The position numbers and the translations under genes were made by a program. This document shows, piece by piece, positions 7,694 to 16,126 of a stretch of 64,000 nt of DNA (positions within the stretch are counted from its first letter, which is position 1; each line of letters begins with the position of its first letter). Origin of the DNA: an uncultured Nitrospiraceae bacterium (GTDB lineage Bacteria > Nitrospirota > Thermodesulfovibrionia > Thermodesulfovibrionales > Dissulfurispiraceae); NCBI GenBank assembly GCA_963727805.1, contig CAVSHF010000005.1, forward strand, positions 608,001 through 672,000. The letters are read 5' to 3'. Below the pieces are notes generated by a model. That model saw only the letters and a list, made by a program, of their open reading frames with translations. It was not told the origin of the DNA and searched no databases.

Positions 7694-9046
7694 TCACTTC
7701 CTTACCGCCGGCAGAGTAAGAATAAACGTTGTTCCGGGGCTCTCGGACTCTTCCCTTGTTTTTGTCTCAAAGGTTATTGAACCCCCATGATGAGTGACGA
7801 TGCCGTAAACTACCGAAAGTCCCAGGCCGGTGCCTTCGCCGACCTTTTTTGTCGTAAAAAGCGGGTCGAATATCTTAGTCCTGTGCTCCCGTTTTATACC
7901 GTGTCCGGTGTCGGAAATGCGTACCTCTAGGGCCCTTCCCTGATCGACAGCAGCCGTCGATACGGTAAGAACACCCCCGCCTTTCATGGCAGCTATGGCA
8001 TTGCTAATAAGATTGAAGAAGACCTGCTGAAACTCCCCCGGATCTCCGTGAACTAAAGGCAAAGAAGTTGTAAAGTCCTTAATTGTCGTGATCTTTTTCA
8101 GAGAGATGGTACGTCCTATGACATCCAGGACCTCGTCGATGTTCTGGTTAATATCTATGTCCTTCTCATCATGCTCCGCATGCCGGGCAAAACTGAGAAG
8201 TTTCTCAACAACCCGCTTGGCGTTTAATGCCTGTTTTTCTATTGTCTTGAGTATATCATATGCTTCAGGGTCTTCAAATCTTTTTTCCAGAAGCATGTCT
8301 GTGAACCCAAGTATGATAGCGAGCGGATTATTAATCTCGTGGGCAACTCCTGCGGCAAGTGTGCCCATCGAGGCCAGTTTTTCGGTATAGATCATTTGCT
8401 CTTCGTTCTTTCGCCTCTGAGTGACGTCCCTGCCGATACCCAGGACCTTATATACATTCCCCCACTCATCCACAAGACCGCTCAAACTTATGTTAACCCA
8501 CTTCTCCGAATCATCAACAGCAGCCTTGCAATTGATGCGCCTACTGACTTGCGTTTCAAGAATTTCGGTGTTGGCCTGCAGTAGGACTTCAGCGCTGCCC
8601 GGTGGCAGCAACTCCCCTATGTCTCTCCCTACCACTTGAGCCGGGGGTTTGCAGAAGAACTCGCTGCCATAACGGTTCATCGAGAGTATCTTTCCCTCGG
8701 GGCTTATAGTAAATATAATATCGTTTGCGTTCTCGACGAGCGATCTGTACAGATGCTCCGACCTGTTGAGCTGTCTTGTCTTCGCTTCGACTTCTTCGGA
8801 AACGGTGCGTGACCACCGCTGCAGCAGGTTGACAAGAAAAAGCCCTGCAACGATGGTTATAGCGATCGCAAAACCTTCGAGCAGGACCTTTCTTTCCGAA
8901 ACCCATCCAAGAACCAAAATGATGCTGAGAAGGACAATCGTGACAACTGCCGTCACCATCCTGTAGTGTTTTATATAGTAATCAAAACACCACAAATGGA
9001 AACGAGAAATCCGACCCGACAGTTCGTTGCCTTTTTGAACTTCCAT
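7694..9046 (-). CDS. PAS-domain sensor histidine kinase
   Basis: Two TM helices, PAS domain, H-box AHEINNPL, N/G boxes (NAIAAM, DTGHGI, FTTK, GTGLGL). Confidence 0.9.
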   Translation of the reverse strand: MEVQKGNELSGRISRFHLWCFDYYIKHYRMVTAVVTIVLLSIILVLGWVSERKVLLEGFAIAITIVAGLFLVNLLQRWSRTVSEEVEAKTRQLNRSEHLYRSLVENANDIIFTISPEGKILSMNRYGSEFFCKPPAQVVGRDIGELLPPGSAEVLLQANTEILETQVSRRINCKAAVDDSEKWVNISLSGLVDEWGNVYKVLGIGRDVTQRRKNEEQMIYTEKLASMGTLAAGVAHEINNPLAIILGFTDMLLEKRFEDPEAYDILKTIEKQALNAKRVVEKLLSFARHAEHDEKDIDINQNIDEVLDVIGRTISLKKITTIKDFTTSLPLVHGDPGEFQQVFFNLISNAIAAMKGGGVLTVSTAAVDQGRALEVRISDTGHGIKREHRTKIFDPLFTTKKVGEGTGLGLSVVYGIVTHHGGSITFETKTREESESPGTTFILTLPAVRK

Positions 9047-9060
9047 ATCCCCCTTTCAAG

Positions 9061-9504
9061 TTACTCCGATAGTTTCACTACATACACTGAACAGTCGCTA
9101 TATTTTACCACTTGAGACGCAACACTTCCCATTTTGAATCTCGATGACGGACTTAGGCCCCGACTTCCCATGATGATCAAATCGACTTTGTCCTTCTCAG
9201 CCGTGCTAAGAATGGAATCGGCAATGGATGAGAAGGTCGTGACCACCTTGCAATCCGCCTTTATGCTCTCTTTCGCGATGACATCGCATGCCTCCTTGAT
9301 AACAGAAGCAGCCTGCTGCTCCAGGCGTTCATTGATCCTCGCACGCTCGCCGGCTGAGATCTCAAGATCTACGCCTTCACCTCCAGTATTGGAGGCAACA
9401 CTGATCACGGCCATCTCAGCCTTTTTATACTTCGCGCAATCAATGGCGACCTTCAGCGCCTCAAGGGAATATTTAGAACCGTCGACTGGCACCAATATTT
9501 TCAT
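9061..9504 (-). CDS. Universal stress protein
   Basis: KILVPVDGS...DLIIMGSRG...MGSVA. Confidence 0.9.
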   Translation of the reverse strand: MKILVPVDGSKYSLEALKVAIDCAKYKKAEMAVISVASNTGGEGVDLEISAGERARINERLEQQAASVIKEACDVIAKESIKADCKVVTTFSSIADSILSTAEKDKVDLIIMGSRGLSPSSRFKMGSVASQVVKYSDCSVYVVKLSE

Positions 9505-9514
9505 TATGTCCCTC

Positions 9515-10267
9515 CTATACCTCTTTCTTTACTTTCGCCTTTGTCATCGAAAGCCCGATTCCATTAAACATGTTGTAGATCGCAAAGCCCCACCACATGG
9601 TATACACTACATAGAAGACAAGCAGAAAGGTCATCAGGCCGACCTTGTCCTTAACCTGCAACGCTTCAACCCCATAGTAATTGTATGCCGTCTCTATGCA
9701 CCTTTTGGAAACTTCGGCGATGATGTTGGCTTCTTCAATCTTGCCCTGCTTTTTCAAAACCGTGTCCATCTTTACAAAAGCGTTGTACCATTGCCTGAAC
9801 ATTTTCTTCTCGTCGTCTGTCCCGTATTTGGCCTTGATCGCATTTCCGTCGTCCTTATACATGGCATCTGAATCCTGAACAGCAGCCATAAGGATATTTC
9901 CAAGGTCTCCCTCGATCTTCAAATCAGGCCCTGTTACCTCTGCTTTCGCCCCTGCGGCGATAAATACTTTAGATGCGTTTACAGCCCTTTTTTCAGCATC
10001 GCCAGCCTTATCATCCGGTTTATCCATCTTAATAGTGACCGCTAACATCCTGCCTTGATACTTCTCGACACTCTTTGCTACCTTCGGAATAAAATACGAT
10101 GAGCCCTTGGACAGCCTGTTGAACGTCTCATCGGCCCACTCCAGTCCGTTCTGGGCCTTCCCATCGGCTGTTTTAGGAAAAATCGGGGAAAAAGTCAGGA
10201 TCAATATTCCGATAAAGCCGACGGCCATTGCCAGGCCAAGGCTAAATTGCTTTTTTGATGTTACCAT
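9515..10267 (-). CDS. Conserved membrane protein (resembles the partner of TauE exporters in Desulfovibrio-type clusters)
   Basis: Start MVTSKKQF at 10267; N- and C-terminal TM helices; FNRLSKGSSYFIP and YTMWWGF motifs. Confidence 0.7.
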   Translation of the reverse strand: MVTSKKQFSLGLAMAVGFIGILILTFSPIFPKTADGKAQNGLEWADETFNRLSKGSSYFIPKVAKSVEKYQGRMLAVTIKMDKPDDKAGDAEKRAVNASKVFIAAGAKAEVTGPDLKIEGDLGNILMAAVQDSDAMYKDDGNAIKAKYGTDDEKKMFRQWYNAFVKMDTVLKKQGKIEEANIIAEVSKRCIETAYNYYGVEALQVKDKVGLMTFLLVFYVVYTMWWGFAIYNMFNGIGLSMTKAKVKKEV

Positions 10268-10269
10268 TT

Positions 10270-11529
10270 TTATCCCTCCTCTCTCAGCTTTCCGATGTTT
10301 ACAATGAACTTGCTGATGACCCAAAAGCCGAAGAACCCGACGACAACCCAGAATACGATATTGCCTACCATTTCTATCACGTCGACCGCCGATTTGGACA
10401 TTTGCAGATATTCAAGCTCGACCATTTTCTTCGGCAATGTTGTCGCCCTGTTTATAAAACCCGCGATGATCGACATTGCGTAAAATCCCCTGATATGAAT
10501 ACCTTTGACGACCTTTGTGGTGAGTGCGCCGACCTGGATACCGATCAGTGAGCCGATGAGCATACCCATTGCAAGGGTGTAAAACACATAACCGTAAATA
10601 GCGTATTGAAAGATAGAGGCAAGCCCTGCAGTAAAGATGATCTGGAGGATATCTGTTCCGACTGTAGTTGCAGTGGAAACTCCAAAAATATAGACGAACA
10701 TCGGGAAGGTGACAAACCCTCCACCGACACCCATGATTGCCGCAAGCATCCCCACAATAACTCCGCCTATGGCCACCCAGAGCCAGGAGATTTGCCTTCC
10801 GCCGAAATCTTCATCGAATGTTATCATGGGTGGGATATGGATCTTCTGCAGGCTTATCGAAAGAGATGTCATCCCCGCGGAACCGCCATGTGCGTCATGA
10901 GCGCCAGCATCGCCTCCCGCCGTCTTCTTCCTCGTCGACTTCCAGAAATCCAGCATGGCGTAACTACCGAGGAACCCGAGCAATACGGCATAAACGAGGC
11001 TTATGAATCCATCGCTCAGGAGGGGATCGTAATTATAAAGAGTTTTATTTATCCAGCCGCCTATAACGGTGCCGCCCCCTGATCCGACAACAAAAGCAAC
11101 TGCCAGTTTAAGCGAAACGTTGCCGAGCTTTCTATGAACGGTCGTTCCCATAATTGCCTTTGCGAAGATATGGAAGACATCCGTACCGACCGCGAGGATT
11201 CCCTTCACCCCCACTGCCATCAGAGCCGGTGTGATGATAAAGCCTCCTCCTGCGCCGATGCATCCCGTAATGAGACCGGCTGCAAGACCAACTGCTATCG
11301 ATGCAAAAAATATTAGGTCAGTATAGTGCGCAGGCGCATAAGCGTGTTTGCCGCCGATCATGTCTGCCGCATCCACCAGAGTTAATCCCAGGATTGGCAG
11401 TGCCAGCAGCAACAGAATCAGAAGCTTTTTCTTGCTCTTGATGATGGACATCGAAACGTCATAGTCCCACCTGGCGTGGGCCATTGAAGCCGCCTTTAGA
11501 AATTCATATGCCTGTCTTGGACCGCTCAT
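10270..11529 (-). CDS. TauE/SafE-family sulfite exporter
   Basis: Duplicated GCIGAGGGFIITP / AIMGVGGGFVTFP and AVGTD/TVGTD motifs; multiple TM helices. Confidence 0.88.
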   Translation of the reverse strand: MSGPRQAYEFLKAASMAHARWDYDVSMSIIKSKKKLLILLLLALPILGLTLVDAADMIGGKHAYAPAHYTDLIFFASIAVGLAAGLITGCIGAGGGFIITPALMAVGVKGILAVGTDVFHIFAKAIMGTTVHRKLGNVSLKLAVAFVVGSGGGTVIGGWINKTLYNYDPLLSDGFISLVYAVLLGFLGSYAMLDFWKSTRKKTAGGDAGAHDAHGGSAGMTSLSISLQKIHIPPMITFDEDFGGRQISWLWVAIGGVIVGMLAAIMGVGGGFVTFPMFVYIFGVSTATTVGTDILQIIFTAGLASIFQYAIYGYVFYTLAMGMLIGSLIGIQVGALTTKVVKGIHIRGFYAMSIIAGFINRATTLPKKMVELEYLQMSKSAVDVIEMVGNIVFWVVVGFFGFWVISKFIVNIGKLREEG

Positions 11530-11687
11530 TTAGCAACCCTCCTTGATGTCAGTTCAGTATAAGATTTATTGCAGCATCTTTTTATTGCACTTTACCCTTT
11601 GAGAAAAGCAACTAATCGTAATTAGATGGTGAATACAAAATATATGTTGACCACTTCTCACCCCCCCTTTTCCCCAATGTAAGAACA

Positions 11688-12320
11688 TTATTTTTTCAGA
11701 GTCTCTGCCCTGCTAATGTTCATAAACCTCAGCGCCTTGCCGTCTTCCTTGTAGTAGACACGGACTTCGTCGCCCGCCTCCCAGGTTTTGTCGGGCAGCG
11801 CAATGTACTCACCCGGCACAGTAAAGGTCGCCAGTATCTTCTGCCTTGGGGAGTATGTTGTTATCGTCCCCTTCTCCTTATCTACGATGGGGAACTGTTT
11901 TTCCTTTTTTGTCGCCTGATCCAATAGGAGAGGACTATCCCTGTCAACCAGCTCCTGCTGGTTGATAAGCTTGTAATCGATCGCCTTGAAGTTCTTAGCA
12001 GCAGCATCATAGATGATTACCTGGTTCTTCTTCGTGTCAAGTTTCATACGATATCCAGCCTTCGGCTCTGCACCCACAATCTCATTAAGGTCCTTCGGCA
12101 TTTCATATGTAAGCGGCGGCAGATGATTGTAGTCGGGGTTCCCCGGATCTGCCTTGACATCACGGATAAAGGTCACTGTCCGCTTATCCTTGTCGAATTC
12201 GATCACCCTTCCCTGGTCGACCTTGCCGAAATCCTTGCCGCAGCCCGCAATGAAGATCAACGGGGAGACACAAAGTAGTAAAATCAGGACGCATTTCTTA
12301 ATCATCAGATTCCTCCTCAT
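11688..12320 (-). CDS. Lipoprotein, DUF4881-like
   Basis: Lipobox IAGC, GKVDQGRVI...GDEVRVYYKE; found with TauE clusters; start may be a few codons downstream. Confidence 0.7.
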   Translation of the reverse strand: MRRNLMIKKCVLILLLCVSPLIFIAGCGKDFGKVDQGRVIEFDKDKRTVTFIRDVKADPGNPDYNHLPPLTYEMPKDLNEIVGAEPKAGYRMKLDTKKNQVIIYDAAAKNFKAIDYKLINQQELVDRDSPLLLDQATKKEKQFPIVDKEKGTITTYSPRQKILATFTVPGEYIALPDKTWEAGDEVRVYYKEDGKALRFMNISRAETLKK

Positions 12321-12463
12321 AGTAGGCCTGCTATACCCTTACGGTACCTTCTCCTTTGGCCATTTTAGTTTTAATACGACTTGCTCCTTTTTCCTCTTTG
12401 GCCCCCTGCCACCAGTTCCCGGTTGTCGGCACTTTTAAATCTATCTCATGCTGAAAGTCCATG

Positions 12464-13204
12464 CTATCTGATACCCTCGAATTCCATCTGCATCTTATAT
12501 TTCATGCCGCTCCCGATAAGTCTCGTATACGCCATAGGCTTCCCATCAGAACCGATCAGTATGCGGTGGACCTGCAACGCTGGTGAGCCTTCTTCTGTAT
12601 CGAGTATGGCTGCTTTCTCTGCTGCCATCAGGGCGACTTCTATCGTCTGAACCACCTTGACAATCTTCCTCCCTGCCTTGCCGTCCACAAGATCGTAAAT
12701 TGACTTATGGACGATGTCGTCCACACTAAGATCCAGGAAAAGGGAGCATGGGAAAAAGGATTCATCAATGAAAACAGCTTTATCCTCTACGAGCCTTTTC
12801 GTAAAAATATATTGAATGTCTTCTTCCATCTGTAGACAAATTCTGATGTCATCCGTCGGTGTCATTACCCCCATGGCAATTACTTCTATTTTAAAACTCG
12901 CCTCACTTCCTGAGATATCTTCAGTTATTCTGGTCCTCATCGCCAGCCCACGGTGGGGCTCCGCACAAATGACAAACGTTCCCTTGCCCTGTTGCCTCCT
13001 GATATATCCATCACGGACCAGTTCGGCGATTGCCTCTCTTATGGTAGCCTTGCTTACATCATAGGTCTTGCAAAGGTCATCTTCCGTGGGAATCATGCTC
13101 CCCACTAACCACTCCCCCTGCTCAATATTCGCTTTGAGAATGTCATATACCTGTACATATAACTTCTGTTTACCATCTCTCTCTATCGGTTTTCCCATTA
13201 TCAT
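12464..13204 (-). CDS. GntR/HutC-family transcription regulator
   Basis: LYVQVYDIL..IPTEDDL...VSKATIREA...RQQGKGTFV HTH plus UTRA-like C-terminus. Confidence 0.9.
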   Translation of the reverse strand: MIMGKPIERDGKQKLYVQVYDILKANIEQGEWLVGSMIPTEDDLCKTYDVSKATIREAIAELVRDGYIRRQQGKGTFVICAEPHRGLAMRTRITEDISGSEASFKIEVIAMGVMTPTDDIRICLQMEEDIQYIFTKRLVEDKAVFIDESFFPCSLFLDLSVDDIVHKSIYDLVDGKAGRKIVKVVQTIEVALMAAEKAAILDTEEGSPALQVHRILIGSDGKPMAYTRLIGSGMKYKMQMEFEGIR

Positions 13205-13246
13205 AAGTTTACCTTTTTATGTCTTTATAATCTTATGATATTTTGA

Positions 13247-13263
13247 AGCAATGAGTATGCCAA
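13247..13263 (-). promoter_or_regulatory. Sigma54 (-24/-12) promoter for the gntR-DUF4881-tauE operon
   Basis: Minus strand TTGGCATACTCATTGCT matches TGGCAC-N5-TTGCW. Confidence 0.8.
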
Positions 13264-13324
13264 ATACGTTAATCATTTTATTTCAGTGAGTTAATAAAAC
13301 GGGGGTTTGAGTGATTGAAACAAA

Positions 13325-13376
13325 AAGTTGCACCATTCAGATAAAAATCCGACTATTCGACCAATATGTGCAACTT
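13325..13376. promoter_or_regulatory. Candidate enhancer (UAS) inverted repeat
   Basis: AAGTTGCAC (13325-13333) / GTGCAACTT (13368-13376) upstream of the sigma54 promoter. Confidence 0.45.
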
Positions 13377-13393
13377 ATTGTTTCATGATAGTA

Positions 13394-14689
13394 TTATGTT
13401 GCTATTTTGAGTTGTTTGATCTTTCTTTGGAGTTGCTGCCGATAGATACCGAGGATTGTAGCCGCCCGGGAAATGTTGCCGCGGGCCTCCTGAAGGGCTG
13501 CCCAGATCAGTTCCCTCTCATAGGACGAAAGCGCCTCTTTCATTCTTGGTGTGGCTGTTCTCCTTTTTATACTGATCTGAAGAAGCGACGCCGGTAGGTC
13601 GGAGGGGAGTATCTGGGAATAAGTCGCAAAAGAAATGGCATGCTCGATAATATTTTCAAGTTCACGAACATTCCCCGGATAGGCGTAATGCAAGAGTATT
13701 TGCATGGCCTCATCAGTAATATTCCGGATCACAATATCCTTTCTCTTCGGTGCATATTTCCGGATGAAGTAGATCGCAAGAAGCGGAATGTCCTCCATCC
13801 TCTGGCGCAGGGGGGGCAGGTGAATGTTTATAACGTTCAGCCGGTAATAAAGATCCTCCCGGAATACTCCCTTCTTGCAGGCGAGCTTGAGATCTTTGTT
13901 TGTTGCAGCAATGATGCGCACATCGACCTTTTTATAGCGGCTCCCTCCAACCCGCATAATCTCGCCCTCCTGGATTACACGCAGCACCTTGGTCTGGAAC
14001 AGGGTCGAAACATCCCCTATCTCGTCGAGAAAGACAGTGCCGCCATCGGTGAGTTCAAGAATTCCCTTTTTTGTATAATTTGCTCCTGTAAAGGCACCCT
14101 TTTCAAAGCCGAAGAGTTCCGACTCGAGAAGAGTATCGGGGATGGCACTGCAGTTGAGGGTCATAAAAGACTTGTCTTTTCGGGGGCTCCAGCGGTGAAT
14201 AGCACGCGCCGTCGGCTCCTTTCCGGTGCCGCTCTCCCCGGTGATGAGCACGTTGCTTTCGCTGGCAGCAGCTCTCTTGATCAGGTTGAAGACCTCTTGC
14301 ATTATCAGGCTCTTACCGACAATGTCATCAAAGATTCCTTCAAGCTCCTTTGTACGCTCCTTATGGCTGTCGATGATGCTCTGGACCATCTCCCTAGTCA
14401 CTGCCTTTTCGATAACGTCGGCAGCCCCCAGGCGCATCGCCTCAACAGCGGTCCCTATGTCTGCGGCAGAAAAACATACGATCGGCATCTCGTGACGCAA
14501 TTCTTCAATCCACTCCCTCCACCCATCGGCAGAGAGGTCGAGAAAAGCCAGCTGAAACATGTCCGCTGGTAAGCGTATACCGGACAGAACGGTAAAGTCT
14601 TTAGTGCCGCAAAAAGAGCAGGGGATGCCCGATGATTCGAATATTTGCTCGATTTCCGTGGAGTCGGTGATCACCCAGATATCTGACAT
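13394..14689 (-). CDS. Sigma54-dependent activator (divergent receiver, AAA+, Fis HTH)
   Basis: GESGTGKE, ESELFG, GAFTGA, FLDEIG, FREDLYYRL, PGNVREL, C-terminal HTH. Confidence 0.93.
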   Translation of the reverse strand: MSDIWVITDSTEIEQIFESSGIPCSFCGTKDFTVLSGIRLPADMFQLAFLDLSADGWREWIEELRHEMPIVCFSAADIGTAVEAMRLGAADVIEKAVTREMVQSIIDSHKERTKELEGIFDDIVGKSLIMQEVFNLIKRAAASESNVLITGESGTGKEPTARAIHRWSPRKDKSFMTLNCSAIPDTLLESELFGFEKGAFTGANYTKKGILELTDGGTVFLDEIGDVSTLFQTKVLRVIQEGEIMRVGGSRYKKVDVRIIAATNKDLKLACKKGVFREDLYYRLNVINIHLPPLRQRMEDIPLLAIYFIRKYAPKRKDIVIRNITDEAMQILLHYAYPGNVRELENIIEHAISFATYSQILPSDLPASLLQISIKRRTATPRMKEALSSYERELIWAALQEARGNISRAATILGIYRQQLQRKIKQLKIAT

Positions 14690-14751
14690 TGCGGTATTTT
14701 AGAATAGATTTGATAAAAAAACAAAGAGATGGTTACTATATATAGATTGCC

Positions 14752-15561
14752 ATGCAAAAAATATATATACTGTCAGATGCCACCGGCCAGAGCGGGCTCG
14801 ATATATTGAAGGCTGCTCTTGTTCAGTTCGAAAACCCGAACATAAAACTTACGGTATTTCCACGAGTCGAATCAAAGGCGAGCATCACGAAGATACTTCA
14901 GCAAGCGAAGATCGAGAAAGCATTCGTCGCTTATACTCTCGTCAAGAAGGCGAACAGAGAATTTATTGATGAATACTGCAAAAAAAACAGTGTCCATCAT
15001 CTCGACATTCTCGGACCTCTCATCAGCACGCTCTTTTCCTACCTGAAGATCGAACCCTTCGAGAACCCCAGACTGCTTCGACAGATCGACGAACGATACT
15101 TTAAGCGAATTGAAGCGATCGAATTTACAGCAAACCATGATGATGGTCAGCGGGCACAAAGACTTGAAGAAGCCGATATTGTCATTCTTGGACTCTCAAG
15201 GACATCCAAGACACCGACTTCTTTTTTCCTCGCTCAGCAGGGCTTTAAGGTCGCCAACGTACCAATTGTCCCGGAAGTCTCTTTGCCCGATGAGATATTC
15301 ACGATCGATCAGAATAAAATTACCTGTCTTGTCATGGAACCCGACGTGTTGCAGAAAATAAGACTTTCCCGATTGAGCCACTACAAGACCGACAGCAGTT
15401 ACACCGACCTCAAAAAAATATATGAAGAGACAGAGTTCGTCGAAGGCCTGCTCAGAAAGCATAAGCAATGGAGAGTGATCGATACGACAAACAGGTCAGT
15501 CGAAGAGACTTCTCGTGAGATCATACAGACGGTTTTCGGAAGGGACGTTGAGTATCATTAA
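14752..15561 (+). CDS. ppsR: PEP synthase/PPDK regulatory kinase-pyrophosphorylase (DUF299)
   Basis: ILSDATG, YFKRIEAIEF..HDDG, LGLSRTSKTPTS, ANVP, SVEET. Confidence 0.9.
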   Translation: MQKIYILSDATGQSGLDILKAALVQFENPNIKLTVFPRVESKASITKILQQAKIEKAFVAYTLVKKANREFIDEYCKKNSVHHLDILGPLISTLFSYLKIEPFENPRLLRQIDERYFKRIEAIEFTANHDDGQRAQRLEEADIVILGLSRTSKTPTSFFLAQQGFKVANVPIVPEVSLPDEIFTIDQNKITCLVMEPDVLQKIRLSRLSHYKTDSSYTDLKKIYEETEFVEGLLRKHKQWRVIDTTNRSVEETSREIIQTVFGRDVEYH

Positions 15562-15585
15562 TCAGGTTAAAAGAAAGGAAGAATT

Positions 15586-15792
15586 ATGACTGAATTGACA
15601 TTAACAATTGAAGGAATGAGCTGTCAGCATTGCGTCATGAGGGTCAAAAAGGCGATCGATGCGCTTCAGGGAGTCACAAAGTCCGATGTCTCCATCGGCC
15701 GTGCAGTTGTGTCTGTGGATGAAGCAAAGGTCAAAAAAGAACAGATCATCGCGTCCGTGGAAAAAGCCGGATATAAGATCGTAAATCGGTAA
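15586..15792 (+). CDS. copZ: Heavy-metal (copper) chaperone, HMA domain
   Basis: IEGMSCQHC motif, AGY near the C-terminus. Confidence 0.85.
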   Translation: MTELTLTIEGMSCQHCVMRVKKAIDALQGVTKSDVSIGRAVVSVDEAKVKKEQIIASVEKAGYKIVNR

Positions 15793-16126
15793 GCTGCCTT
15801 TTCTCCTCAAAAAACGAAATGAGAGGCCGGATCATTCCGCCCTACATTCCTGCGATCAAACTCAGGGAAAAGATATTTCTCGATGTCGGAACCTATATTT
15901 TTCTCGCCGCCATAATAGACGTTTTTGCTCATCGTAAACTTTATTATTTCAACTTAAAACTCCATATCGTTGAAAAATTGGATGATATGAGCCTTAGCAT
16001 AATCGGGGCAACTCAATAATCACCGGCAACACTTCCAGCAAAAGATCAGGCTTTTAGGAATCGAGATTTCGTTGATCCATCAGTCTGGGCAGCAATTCCC
16101 TCGTATAAGCCAGGGTTAACGATTCT

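Noticed and set aside
13640..14572. Long antisense ORFs (e.g. 13640-14572, 9134-9871, 42866-43576, 54944-55630)
   Set aside because: Shadows of well-supported genes on the opposite strand, with no motifs of their own
15793..16126. 6S RNA or a small ORF downstream of pheT
   Set aside because: No long irregular hairpin recognised; short ORFs on either strand lack recognisable motifs
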